DNA of 64,000 nt from Candidatus Bathyarchaeota archaeon (GCA_026014585.1 JAOZIA010000002.1:105677-169676), one strand, 5' to 3'. Shown: positions 37,871-46,877, counted from the stretch's first letter. Translations and numbers: made by a program. The notes: generated from the letters alone by a model not told the origin.

Positions 37871-38329
37871 TCACCTCAGTAATTTCTGGGCAAATTCCTC
37901 AGCATATTTGAGGTCTTTATCGTTAGGTCTGCCCTTGTTCATTCCGCCAAACAATTTGAGGAAACTGTTAGTGTCCAGACCTGCACAGTTAAACTCGTCG
38001 ATTATTGTATAGCCTTTGGCTTGCAGTTTTTCTCGCAGTGCAGCGTGACATTTTAGCATGTACTCTTTTGTTGCCCAACCGCTTGTTGAAAAGATGAATG
38101 CTTTCTTGCCTGCGGCGTTGGGCAGGGCATCGGCGAGGTCAAGAAGTGGCTTGTAGTGTTTTCCGCTGTCTATTCCCGCGCCAAAACCCACTAAATCATA
38201 ATCCTGAAGTGCAGCAGGGTTTGTGTTCTGAGGCGTTTTAATTTCGGCTTCAAGAATTTTGGCGAAAACCTCAGCTATTTTTTGGGTATTAAAATGATGA
38301 TAGGAATACACAACAATTAACGATTTCAT
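37871..38329 (-). CDS. Flavodoxin-like fold protein
   Basis: MKSLIVVYSYHHFNTQKIAEVFA is a flavodoxin-like beta1-loop-helix. GFGAGIDSGKHY. About 152 aa from ATG 38329. Confidence 0.5.
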   Translation of the reverse strand: MKSLIVVYSYHHFNTQKIAEVFAKILEAEIKTPQNTNPAALQDYDLVGFGAGIDSGKHYKPLLDLADALPNAAGKKAFIFSTSGWATKEYMLKCHAALREKLQAKGYTIIDEFNCAGLDTNSFLKLFGGMNKGRPNDKDLKYAEEFAQKLLR

Positions 38330-38483
38330 GGGATACAACACGACTTTCGTTTATGATAAAGAAAGAGCAGGATATCGAATTAAGGCTTACCTAAATAGTT
38401 CTTATGCTGGATTTTTTAAATGAAAAGGAAGTTCTATGCAAAGGGTTATTTAGGCTGAAAACCTTGAGCTTGTTGGGGTTTAG

Positions 38484-38948
38484 ATGCAGTTCTTTCACAT
38501 CCGAAACGACGACTCAAAAAACTGGTACAACTACCTCGTAGTCCAACTGGGCAAAGAAGAATTTAGTGCCCTAAAAGCCAAACAGAACATGCAGGCTGCG
38601 GATTTTGCAAGTTGCGCGGTTATCCGTGATGGGGCGCCGTTTGTGGTTTTTGGGTATGGTGGTGGTATTTGTTTGAGTGAGGCTTTTGAGAGTGGGCAGA
38701 CTTTGGCGGATAAGTTGATGGCGGGGGATGTTGTTACGGTGATTTTAACGGATAAGCCTCAGGAGGAACTGTTTGTTTTTTCAGGTCACAGCCTATCACT
38801 AAACTTTAACTTGGAAGAGGTAGTGGTGCATTCTTTTACTTACAGCAAGGAAATGGAGCAAATCTACGAATTCTACAAACACTACACAAAAGTCAAAGGC
38901 ATAGACAACAAAATACCAGTAAAAACCAAACGCGGCTTATTCAAATAA
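38484..38948 (+). CDS. Hypothetical protein
   Basis: 154-aa ORF with no competing ORF. No motif recognised. Confidence 0.35.
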   Translation: MQFFHIRNDDSKNWYNYLVVQLGKEEFSALKAKQNMQAADFASCAVIRDGAPFVVFGYGGGICLSEAFESGQTLADKLMAGDVVTVILTDKPQEELFVFSGHSLSLNFNLEEVVVHSFTYSKEMEQIYEFYKHYTKVKGIDNKIPVKTKRGLFK

Positions 38949-38960
38949 ACCCAAAGATGG

Positions 38961-39977
38961 CTAAAGATACCATCTTTTCAGCGCTTTTAATGCGTTAAAT
39001 GTTATCCACTTACTAGGGGCACCTTTACGTTCAATATCCACATTAAACCGCCCATTGTAGGTGTTCTCCAAAAGCCAGGTCCCATTAGGCTGCATCTTTG
39101 AATGAACTAAATCCACTGCCTCCTGCATCCGTGAATCCTTGTAGCCCAGTTTGGTAAGGAGTCCCAACACCTCAAGCACATCAGTTTGGTACATTAATGG
39201 AAAACCAAAAAGTAGCCAGCCGGGTTTGGAGATGCGGTTTAGGTCGTGACTGCGTTTGAAAATGTGGTGTTTGAGCAGGTATTCGACGCCGTTTCGGATG
39301 GTTGCTTGCACTTCTGGGGTTTGGCGCTCAAGGGGAATTTCCGAGAGGGCTTTTAGGGCTTTGACTGCGCCCATGTGGCAGGTATGTTTGCCAAAACACA
39401 TTTCGAACTCATCATAAGGCCACCCAGCGGGAGGTTCAGCTTCAGCATCATCGAAGCGTTGATACGCGGTTATCCAGTTAATTGCGGCTTGCACACGCTC
39501 ATCATGCAGATACCCCAGACGGATTAGGCTCCAAACCATGTTACCAGTTAGGCATGGGATTACTGCACTGTGTCTACCGCCGCCTGTACGCATAGAAGCA
39601 TACATGGAGGATCCGCTGCTTTCGGGATCTTGACTGTTTTTGAGGATGAATTCGCAGGCGCTTTTTATTCTGTCGTCGGCTCGTTCGGCGCCGAGTTCGG
39701 CTAGGATTAGGAGTTGCCATGAGGTTCCTTGGTATTTGCTGGTGTAAAATGATTGAGGGATTGTCCAGTAGCCCTGAATGTGCTGTTTGGACAATATCTG
39801 CGGCACCACGCCCAGTTTCATTATGGCACGTTTTGCTTCCATAACCTCATAATTATCAAGGGGATAGTCCAAGAGCTCGGTTAGTGTGAAGTATTTCACT
39901 GATGGATTGTCAATTTCCAAAAGCCAATCTATTGGGGCTTGCTGCAGCATTTTTCTCCAAACATCTACGCCTTTCAA
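38961..39977 (-). CDS. Alpha/alpha-toroid protein with prenyltransferase / squalene-cyclase-like (QW-type) repeats
   Basis: 338 aa. Recurrent aromatic-Gly-Trp motifs (QGYWTIP, TSWQLLILAELG, GNMVWSLIRLG, QPNGTWLLEN) resemble QW repeats. The assignment is tentative. Confidence 0.35.
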   Translation of the reverse strand: MKGVDVWRKMLQQAPIDWLLEIDNPSVKYFTLTELLDYPLDNYEVMEAKRAIMKLGVVPQILSKQHIQGYWTIPQSFYTSKYQGTSWQLLILAELGAERADDRIKSACEFILKNSQDPESSGSSMYASMRTGGGRHSAVIPCLTGNMVWSLIRLGYLHDERVQAAINWITAYQRFDDAEAEPPAGWPYDEFEMCFGKHTCHMGAVKALKALSEIPLERQTPEVQATIRNGVEYLLKHHIFKRSHDLNRISKPGWLLFGFPLMYQTDVLEVLGLLTKLGYKDSRMQEAVDLVHSKMQPNGTWLLENTYNGRFNVDIERKGAPSKWITFNALKALKRWYL

Positions 39978-40102
39978 CTATCATACACCATGTCTAACAA
40001 TAATGTTTGTTGAAGAGGCTTATTGTTTTTTCGTAAACAAAGAACAGCCAAAACAAGCACCCAACAAAGAACTATCAACAAAAGAAAGCACAGCCTTTTG
40101 AA

Positions 40103-40171
40103 GTGAAAAGTAGCCATTATTGACCTCCCCTATACAGCTTCTGCAATGAATTACTAATAGGCACCAAATAG
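40103..40171 (-). repeat. Interspersed intergenic repeat, copy 4 (most diverged)
   Basis: Reverse complement reads CTATTTGGTGCCTATTAGTAATTCATTGCAGAAGCTGTATAGGGGAGGTCAATAATGGCTACTTTTCAC. Confidence 0.8.
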
Positions 40172-40193
40172 ACGAGAAATGGAAATGTTGACA

Positions 40194-40973
40194 TTAAAAT
40201 CTGATTTCTGATTTTATTTTATGGGCTTCCTGTAGACATTTATGAAGGCTAACTATTTTATCCCATGTTACTATCCTTGCAATGTCTCTCATTTCATGAA
40301 AAGATCCTTCAAGAAGTATTGTTGCTTGTGCCGCATATTTTTCTGTGGTAACTAAAAAGGGCGTGCTATTCCATTTATCCCAAGCATGCTTAAGTTTTGT
40401 TAAAGCTTCATAAAAGTTTCCAGCGAGCTGAACCTCAAAAGCCCACTTTGGGTTACCTGTAGGAATAGTTTTCCAGACAGCATCCAATCGCCAATTATCT
40501 ATAGTGTATTCAACTTCGGCGATTTTTCCTTCAATCTTACCTATTTCATAAATCATATCGCGTAGTTCATTATGTTTTGGAATTTTCTCAATAGGTTTTT
40601 CTTTTGTGATAACATGTTTTTGTATATCTTTGGCTGGATTCAAGAAATAAGCGAATTCAGAAAAACGTTTTAGAGAAGTATCAGTTATTTCTGAAGGATT
40701 TTCCTTTAGAAGGTCAAGACCTCTTTGTGTTATTTTAAAGTAACCTCTTTTGGTGCCCTCTAAAAGTTTTGCTTTTCCAAGGTATGTCCTAGCCCATGCA
40801 ACGCGGTTATTAACTAATAAACCCCCTGTTGCCTTCTTGGCAATTCTTTCTTCATCAGTTAATGAAAATATGCTACAGATATGTTCAATAGTTTCTGATA
40901 ATGAATGCTCTTTTTTATCACATATAAATTTCAGAAAAGGAAGGAGCATTCGTTCATAACTTGGAATAGCCAT
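40194..40973 (-). CDS. Mrr_N winged-helix domain fused to a putative PD-(D/E)xK-like nuclease domain (solitary restriction-like protein)
   Basis: N-terminus MAIPSYERMLLPFLKFICDKKEHSLSETIEHI...NNRVAWARTYLGKAKLLEGTKRGYFKITQRGLDLL is a close match to the Mrr N-terminal domain pattern. The C-terminus has E...RLDAVW...FEVQL, a possible nuclease core. The gene is visibly more AT-rich than its neighbours. Confidence 0.6.
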   Translation of the reverse strand: MAIPSYERMLLPFLKFICDKKEHSLSETIEHICSIFSLTDEERIAKKATGGLLVNNRVAWARTYLGKAKLLEGTKRGYFKITQRGLDLLKENPSEITDTSLKRFSEFAYFLNPAKDIQKHVITKEKPIEKIPKHNELRDMIYEIGKIEGKIAEVEYTIDNWRLDAVWKTIPTGNPKWAFEVQLAGNFYEALTKLKHAWDKWNSTPFLVTTEKYAAQATILLEGSFHEMRDIARIVTWDKIVSLHKCLQEAHKIKSEIRF

Positions 40974-41137
40974 GGCTTGAATGTATGCTTAATGTACTTA
41001 AAACATTTGGGTTCTTATTGATTCTCTATAACTGTTTTTAGAATAACTATGAATGAAGAAAAATGTGGTTTTTCTAAAGAGTAACTTTTATTTGGGTATG
41101 TTTTAATGTGTTGTGATAATCTGGGTAGTTGTTGGGT

Positions 41138-41211
41138 GCCTCGATAGCTCAGCCCAGTGGAGCGGCTGCCTTGTAAGCAGCAGGCCGCGGGAGCAAAGCC
41201 CGCTCGAGGCT
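41138..41211 (+). tRNA. tRNA-Thr (anticodon TGT) with an atypical T-loop
   Basis: Hand fold:
- Acceptor GCCTCGA/TCGAGGC.
- D arm GCTC-AGCCCAGTG-GAGC.
- Anticodon arm GCTGC-CTTGTAA-GCAGC.
- Variable loop AGGCC.
- T arm GCGGG-AGCAAAG-CCCGC, so the T-loop lacks the usual T54/T55. Confidence 0.6.
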
Positions 41212-41226
41212 CTCAAAATAAAAAAA

Positions 41227-41463
41227 TTATTCTTCGTCGGTTTCGGTTGCTTCTTCACCTTTTCCGTCTGATGGCTTCTCCTTAAGCAACTTGTATTTTC
41301 GAGCCTTAGTATCAACCATTTCATGTTCGAAAAGTTTTTTTAGTGAACGGAAAATCTTTTTTGGTGGCAGGGCTGTTTTGTCAGCGAGTTCCTGCATGGT
41401 TAATTCTTTACCTTCAGCTTTGAGGGTTTTAACAATTGCTTCATCAACCTTGTTGAGTTTCAC
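41227..41463 (-). CDS. Small winged-helix-like protein with an acidic tail (hypothetical)
   Basis: 78 aa, GTG start. VDEAIVKTLKAEGKELTMQELADKT is HTH-like. Confidence 0.4.
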   Translation of the reverse strand: MKLNKVDEAIVKTLKAEGKELTMQELADKTALPPKKIFRSLKKLFEHEMVDTKARKYKLLKEKPSDGKGEEATETDEE

Positions 41464-41595
41464 CTAAGTCAACCTCTGGTTCTGTTATGCAGAGTTGGCT
41501 TATTTTATTTTTGCGGTAAAAAACAAGCAAACAACAGACCCATATACGGGATGGATTTTACAGGAAAAAGAAAACAAAAGGAAAAGAAAAGAGGT

Positions 41596-42459
41596 TTAAG
41601 CTTTGGGCTTAACTTTTTCGACCGCGCTGTTTACGCTGGTCATTTGCATGTTGGCTTTGCGGATTAAGTCGCCGATGGTTTCCTTTGTTGGAATATCTGC
41701 GCTAATCGAAAGAGCCAATGCTTTTTGGTGAGCAGTTTGCAGTAGTGGCTCGATGGTTTCTTTGGTTGGGTAAGATATGCCCATTGCTAATGCGAATGCT
41801 TCTGCGTTTAGGTCTTCGATGCTTTTGCGTGTAGCTGCAAGGTCAATGCTGAGTTTGTCTGCGCTGATAATCATGCCTTCATCGAGCACGACACGCATGG
41901 ATAAACCCAACTCAACGGCTTTTATGCCAAGTTTTGAGAGGACACCAGCAAGACGCTCATTAATTGGTTCGCCTTTACGGACAACCAATGTGTCTTTGGA
42001 CACCCAAACACTACCTGATTCAATGCGAGTTGGTAAGCCAGCTGCGTTTAGTTGGCTGATAACTGGACCTGGTGGTTGACCAGTGTTTCCTGCTGGAACA
42101 ACCACGTCTTCTGCGGCTATGTCGCCTGATTTAGCGGTGGTTTTCACTTTACCCTGATCAAGCATTAGGGCAAGCTTGAATGGGTTTAGATTTGTGAACA
42201 GGTAAACGTTTGAGCCTTCAAGGTATGCTTCAAGCTCTTTAAGCTCGCTTATTTGTAGTTCGTCAATAGCAATTTTTATGAGCGTATTCTTTAGAACACG
42301 CAGGTAAACTTTGTCACCCATGGTTTTTTTGAGTTCTTGAAGCTGTGACGCGCGAACCTTTTTCAGGTCAGCTATGCCGATGCTTTTGTACTCTTTAAGT
42401 ATACCTTTTATTGCTTCGATTTCAACGCTTTTTTGCTCTAACACTTGTTGAGACGGCAT
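41596..42459 (-). CDS. rplP0: Ribosomal protein uL10 (acidic P0 homolog)
   Basis: 287 aa. Position downstream of uL1 and uL11. The N-terminal L10 domain pattern is present. Confidence 0.85.
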   Translation of the reverse strand: MPSQQVLEQKSVEIEAIKGILKEYKSIGIADLKKVRASQLQELKKTMGDKVYLRVLKNTLIKIAIDELQISELKELEAYLEGSNVYLFTNLNPFKLALMLDQGKVKTTAKSGDIAAEDVVVPAGNTGQPPGPVISQLNAAGLPTRIESGSVWVSKDTLVVRKGEPINERLAGVLSKLGIKAVELGLSMRVVLDEGMIISADKLSIDLAATRKSIEDLNAEAFALAMGISYPTKETIEPLLQTAHQKALALSISADIPTKETIGDLIRKANMQMTSVNSAVEKVKPKA

Positions 42460-42471
42460 TCTGTGTTTCCT

Positions 42472-43158
42472 CTAAGGTTTAATTTTAACAGGCTCACCCA
42501 TTGATGTCTTGATGAAAGCAAACTTTACGTTTTTAAGACCACGCTTAAGTTTTCCATCTAAGACACGTAGAACAGCCAACATGTTATCAACCACTTCATC
42601 CTCATTCATCTGCATACCACCAACAGGCACCTGAATTATAGGTTGAGCACGCATGCGAACAAGAACGGTTTTGCGGTGTTTAGCGGTTATTGCTGCAAGG
42701 TCAGCGTTTGGTGGAACAGGAATGGGCATTTTGCCTCTGGGACCAAGCACTGGACCTAAAACTCTACCGACAAGCGGCATCAAAGGTGCTTCCGCAATGA
42801 AAACGTCATATTGGGTCGCGAGTTTACGCAGGTCCTTCTTTTTGCCGATTAAATCTTCAAGGTCAGCGCGTTCAACAACATGGTCAACGGCTGAGTTTTT
42901 GGCTTTAACGGCGAATTCGCCTTGGGCGATAACGCATATTTTGTTTGGTTTGCTGGTTTCGTGTGGCAATTCCACCATTTCTTGGATTTTGCCTTCTGGC
43001 GCTTTCATGTCGATTTCTTGAATGTCTAGTATCATGTCTATGGTCTGGTTGAATTTGTGTTCGCCAGATTGCGCCTTTGCCTGCTTTAATGCTTCTGATA
43101 GAGTCTTCTTATCTAAGGGCAATTTTTTAGCCTCGTGCAATGAGGGATTGGAACCCAC
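42472..43158 (-). CDS. rpl1: Ribosomal protein uL1
   Basis: 228 aa, GTG start. FNQTIDMILDIQEIDMK and PRGKMP motifs are typical of L1. Confidence 0.9.
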   Translation of the reverse strand: MGSNPSLHEAKKLPLDKKTLSEALKQAKAQSGEHKFNQTIDMILDIQEIDMKAPEGKIQEMVELPHETSKPNKICVIAQGEFAVKAKNSAVDHVVERADLEDLIGKKKDLRKLATQYDVFIAEAPLMPLVGRVLGPVLGPRGKMPIPVPPNADLAAITAKHRKTVLVRMRAQPIIQVPVGGMQMNEDEVVDNMLAVLRVLDGKLKRGLKNVKFAFIKTSMGEPVKIKP

Positions 43159-43178
43159 TTATAAAAATATTCGCCTAA

Positions 43179-43670
43179 TTATTTCTCGTTGCTAAATAGT
43201 TCTGCGTAACTACCAGCATCGATTTCTTTTTGTACTTCACGGGGGTCTTTGCCTTCAGCGGTCACGCCGACGCTCACGCAGGTTCCTAAAATCTCCTTTG
43301 CCGCAGCTTTAAGAGTTGGCGCCAACAGTTCTGGACGCTTAATCTTTGCAATGCGCACGATCTGCTCCATTGAGAGGTCGCCGACTTTTACGGAGTTGGG
43401 TGTTCCTGAGCCTTTTTCAACGTGTAATTCAGCAACGAGCAATGCGGATGTTGTCGGTGTGCCAATGGATACCTCGAAGGTTTTGTCTTCGGTGTTAACA
43501 CTGATTTTCACTGGAACTCTCATGCCAGAGTAATCCTTGGTTAACTCGTTAATCTTGTTGACAATGGCCACAATGTTCACACCAAGTGGACCAAGTGCTG
43601 GACCAAGTGGTGGACCCGCGTTTGCTTGTCCGCCGCTGACGAGTAGTTCTACAACTTTAGTTTCTGCCAT
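43179..43670 (-). CDS. rpl11: Ribosomal protein uL11
   Basis: 163 aa. GGQANAGPPLGPALGPLGVN is the L11 signature. Confidence 0.9.
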   Translation of the reverse strand: MAETKVVELLVSGGQANAGPPLGPALGPLGVNIVAIVNKINELTKDYSGMRVPVKISVNTEDKTFEVSIGTPTTSALLVAELHVEKGSGTPNSVKVGDLSMEQIVRIAKIKRPELLAPTLKAAAKEILGTCVSVGVTAEGKDPREVQKEIDAGSYAELFSNEK

Positions 43671-43679
43671 ATTTCTTCA

Positions 43680-44153
43680 CTATGCTTTTGCTTTTTCAAC
43701 CAGTTTTACATAATCTGAGTGAACTGTGATGGGTAAAGTAAAGGTTGCCTCAAGAAGTTCGAGGGTTACTTCGCCTTTAGATTTGTCAAGTCTTGTGATT
43801 TTTGCACGCATACCCTTGAATGGTCCACCAGTGATTTCGACTACATCATCCTCGTTTAGGTCTTCCATTACTGGTTTACGCACGATATAGCGTTCTATTT
43901 CGTTAAAGCTGACTAGACCAGGGATTCTTGAGCGCACATGTCTTAATCCCGCTATTGCTTCTTCGACAAGGTGGGGCCCGTCTGCTTCTATGAAAACGTA
44001 TCCTTTTAGGGTGTCTGGAACCAGAAGTGCTTTTATGGGGATTTTTGTCATTTCAACCTTTGCAGTAATTAATCGTGCAACGTTTCGTTCCTGCCCGGTG
44101 GTTGTTTTAACCACGAAAATTTTTGCTTGTTCCTGGGCTTCTTTCTTTTCCAT
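43680..44153 (-). CDS. spt5: Transcription elongation factor Spt5/NusG
   Basis: NGN domain (IFVVKTTTGQERNVA) and KOW domain (DVVEITGGPFKGMRAKITRLD). Start trimmed to MEKKEA at 44153 because the longer ORF overlaps secE. Confidence 0.85.
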   Translation of the reverse strand: MEKKEAQEQAKIFVVKTTTGQERNVARLITAKVEMTKIPIKALLVPDTLKGYVFIEADGPHLVEEAIAGLRHVRSRIPGLVSFNEIERYIVRKPVMEDLNEDDVVEITGGPFKGMRAKITRLDKSKGEVTLELLEATFTLPITVHSDYVKLVEKAKA

Positions 44154-44166
44154 GATGTTTTCCCTT

Positions 44167-44337
44167 TTATGCTCTACCAACTGCAAACGATATGAGTTTA
44201 ATTACGTAACCTATTAGACCAATTGCACCTATACCAAGGAAGCTTATTTTGACTGAGAGCCAAAGTTCTTCTCGTCCGGGTTTAATTGAAAGCTTCAGTG
44301 TTCTAGCGCATTGCTCTATGAATGATCGTACGCCCAT
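44167..44337 (-). CDS. secE: Preprotein translocase subunit SecE/Sec61-gamma
   Basis: Own translation, 56 aa and so below the ORF-track cutoff: MGVRSFIEQCARTLKLSIKPGREELWLSVKISFLGIGAIGLIGYVIKLISFAVGRA. Amphipathic N-terminus plus one TM segment. Canonical position upstream of spt5. Confidence 0.7.
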   Translation of the reverse strand: MGVRSFIEQCARTLKLSIKPGREELWLSVKISFLGIGAIGLIGYVIKLISFAVGRA

Positions 44338-44464
44338 TGTTTACCGCACACTCATGTTTCACTTAATAATAATAAACATTACTGTGAACCAAGGTTAAAG
44401 CTGTTTTGCAAGTTTTAATTTTCCAAGCATTGAAAGTTACATAAAAAGGGTCACTCAAAATCCA

Positions 44465-45016
44465 GTGTCAACATTTTTATGTTTGAGTAACTTTGAATTA
44501 TTCATCTGTTTTGAGGTTTTTATTGTGAATAAGCTTACTTTTGTTTTATGGCTAATTATTTTATCAATAATTATCATCGAAGCAATAGTTTTCTTACAAA
44601 TAGCAAGGTTACCCTTTGTCCAAGTCACCATTCTGGGCGCAACACATTCCTTGACACATTGGATCGGCTGGGCTGGCGCACTATACATTGCTTTTACCAC
44701 ACCACTTCTCCCAATAATTAAACACAAAAAAATAGAACACCTAAAAACAATTTTAAACCTGCACATGATTGGAAATTTGCTTGCGGTTCTACTTGTATCG
44801 ATTCATTTTGTACATCAAATAACAAGACCAGTAGCTTTTTACCCTGATTTAGGCACAGGAATAGTATTGTATTCGACGATGGTTTTGCTGGTTGCAACAG
44901 GTATGCTTTTGAATTTGGGCGTAGTGAAACTCTACAAGCAATGGCGTTTTCTGCATCCTGCTTTTGCCGTAACATTTTACATAGTCATAGTAATGCACAT
45001 AATCCAAAACGCTTAA
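44465..45016 (+). CDS. Multi-pass membrane protein with conserved-looking histidines (hypothetical)
   Basis: 183 aa, about 5 TM segments, His in TM segments (THSLTHW, SIHFVHQ, VMHIIQ). AT-rich. Start codon uncertain. Confidence 0.4.
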   Translation: MSTFLCLSNFELFICFEVFIVNKLTFVLWLIILSIIIIEAIVFLQIARLPFVQVTILGATHSLTHWIGWAGALYIAFTTPLLPIIKHKKIEHLKTILNLHMIGNLLAVLLVSIHFVHQITRPVAFYPDLGTGIVLYSTMVLLVATGMLLNLGVVKLYKQWRFLHPAFAVTFYIVIVMHIIQNA

Positions 45017-45019
45017 AGA

Positions 45020-45847
45020 CTATATTTTTTCGATTCTTAATTGTGTAGATTCAAGCGCTGACAGCACTGCGGGTTTTTCTTGGCTTTTTATGCCCTTCCA
45101 ATCCAACAACACCAAAGAAGGCTTTTCAAGGGTTTTTTGAATACACTGCAACAAAAGCGCCTTGTCCAAGTTTTGAATAGCGTACTTTGGAACCATGTGC
45201 CCAAAAATGGCTTTATCTTCAAGCGCAAGCTGGGTGAATTTTTGGTTATAATGGGTTCCGCCTATACCAATAGCAACAGGACAACCGCTATGAAATAGGG
45301 TCTTTGTGATTGCCTGAATCGCCGCAAACGCCACTGCCCCCGCTGCAGTCGGGTCACTCCACTGCAACTCGGAACTGCCCAATTCCACAAACATGGCGGG
45401 TACATCCAGCGAAGGTCCATGATGAGTAACCTCGTATGAGACCTCGTAGGCGAGATTGAGTTTCTGCTTCATCTGAGCAAGCGCTTTAAGCGCCGTCTGC
45501 ATCGCAACGGCTGGTGCCACAGACACGGTTTTGTGTAAGCCTCCAAATTCTGCAACGCTAAAGTTTCCCGGAACATGCACCGTCAAGGTTGGTTTGCCGC
45601 TTTGGCTGCTGTGGCGCGAAATAAAAACAATCAAGTTTGCATCAGGAAAATCCGTTGGGAGATACTGGGCGTTGATGGATTCCTCATTGAGAGTTGCCAA
45701 GGTGATGTTTTTTCCATTGATGTTTGCTGTGTAGGTGGGGTTTTGTTGGTAGGTGTTGGTGGTTTTTTGGAAGGGGTAGGTTTTGAGGATTTGTTCTTTG
45801 ATGTTTAGGCTTGCAGGGTCCTTGTTTGATGCGACCAGTAGGTTCAT
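45020..45847 (-). CDS. dtdA: D-aminoacyl-tRNA deacylase, archaeal DtdA type
   Basis: MNLLVASNKDPASLNIKEQIL N-terminus and SRHSS...HVPGN, THHGP motifs fit DtdA. Start taken at ATG 45847. Confidence 0.7.
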   Translation of the reverse strand: MNLLVASNKDPASLNIKEQILKTYPFQKTTNTYQQNPTYTANINGKNITLATLNEESINAQYLPTDFPDANLIVFISRHSSQSGKPTLTVHVPGNFSVAEFGGLHKTVSVAPAVAMQTALKALAQMKQKLNLAYEVSYEVTHHGPSLDVPAMFVELGSSELQWSDPTAAGAVAFAAIQAITKTLFHSGCPVAIGIGGTHYNQKFTQLALEDKAIFGHMVPKYAIQNLDKALLLQCIQKTLEKPSLVLLDWKGIKSQEKPAVLSALESTQLRIEKI

Positions 45848-45951
45848 GGCGGGGTTCCTTTGGGTATGTTGTAGCTGATAACGGGGTAAAAGGTTTTGCA
45901 TAAAGCTTATAATTGCTAGGTTTGTTGTGCAGTAATTGTAGGCGCAGAATT

Positions 45952-46860
45952 ATGCATCTGATTAACTTCAAAGAACTCACAAGCCAGCAACTCAACAACC
46001 TCGTCGACTTAGCAATAGAGGTAAAGCAGAACCCCAAAAAGTACGCTAAAGCTTTAGAGGGCAAATCCACAGCCTTGGTTTTCCAGAAAACCAGCACGCG
46101 CACACGGGTTTCTTTTGAGGTTGCCATGACTCAGCTGGGCGGTCACGGCTTGTATATGGATTGGCGAAGCAGCAACTTCACCTTATCAGACATAGCCGAC
46201 GAAATCAAGTATTTGTCCCGTAACGTGGACTGCATAATGGCGCGTCTATTGCACAATTCTGACCTGCTAAAAATGGCAGATGCCTCTCGTGTACCAGTCA
46301 TTAACGGATGCGACGACATGTACCATCCCAGCCAAGCGCTTGCAGACCTAATCACCATTAAAGAAAAACTTGGCAAACTCAGCGGTGCAAAACTTGTCTA
46401 CATTGGCGTGCACAACAACGTTACCAACAGCCTAATTGAAGCCGCCACAAAAACAGGCATCAAACTAACAACGGTTACGCCGATTTTTAATGAAGCCGCC
46501 CGAGATGAGGAAATCTTGGAGGAAGCTAAGCAATCGGGGCTTTGGGAGTCCACATTGGATGTGAAGTCGGCTGTGTCTGATGCGGATTTTGTGTACACGG
46601 ACACTTGGGTGGATATGGAGTTTTTCACTGACCCCAAGTTTGAGCAGGAAAAAGCCAAACGCGTCAAACTCATGATGCCCTATCAAATCAACTTGCAACT
46701 GCTAGCGGGCAGCAACGCTTATGTTATGTATGACATGCCCATTCACCGCGGATACGAAATAGATGCAGAAGCCATCAACAGCGCCAAATCGGTGATTTTT
46801 GAGCAGGCAGAAAATAGGCTCTACTCAGCCAAAGCAATCTTTCTAACTCTGATGAAGTAA
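45952..46860 (+). CDS. Ornithine-carbamoyltransferase-family transcarbamylase with divergent second-substrate motifs
   Basis: STRTR and HPSQALAD carbamoyl-phosphate motifs are present. The OTC motifs DxxxSMG and HCLP are replaced by TDTWVDME and YDMP. Confidence 0.7.
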   Translation: MHLINFKELTSQQLNNLVDLAIEVKQNPKKYAKALEGKSTALVFQKTSTRTRVSFEVAMTQLGGHGLYMDWRSSNFTLSDIADEIKYLSRNVDCIMARLLHNSDLLKMADASRVPVINGCDDMYHPSQALADLITIKEKLGKLSGAKLVYIGVHNNVTNSLIEAATKTGIKLTTVTPIFNEAARDEEILEEAKQSGLWESTLDVKSAVSDADFVYTDTWVDMEFFTDPKFEQEKAKRVKLMMPYQINLQLLAGSNAYVMYDMPIHRGYEIDAEAINSAKSVIFEQAENRLYSAKAIFLTLMK

Positions 46861-46877
46861 GGCAACAACAAAGAGAG

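Noticed and set aside
37713-38012. 99-aa plus-strand ORF
   Set aside because: It runs straight through the tRNA(CAT) gene and the 3' end of the flavodoxin-like gene on the other strand. The tRNA explains it.
41103-41324. 73-aa minus-strand ORF
   Set aside because: It overlaps tRNA-Thr in antisense and the small wHTH gene. It has no coding signature.
44154-44186. Longer N-terminus of the Spt5/NusG ORF (start at 44186)
   Set aside because: It would overlap the 3' end of secE (44167-44337). The conserved NGN domain begins right after the internal MEKKEA start.
45684-46127. 147-aa minus-strand ORF spanning the dtdA/OTC divergent region
   Set aside because: It overlaps the 5' ends of two well-supported genes. 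It has a Pro/Lys/His-rich, low-complexity translation.
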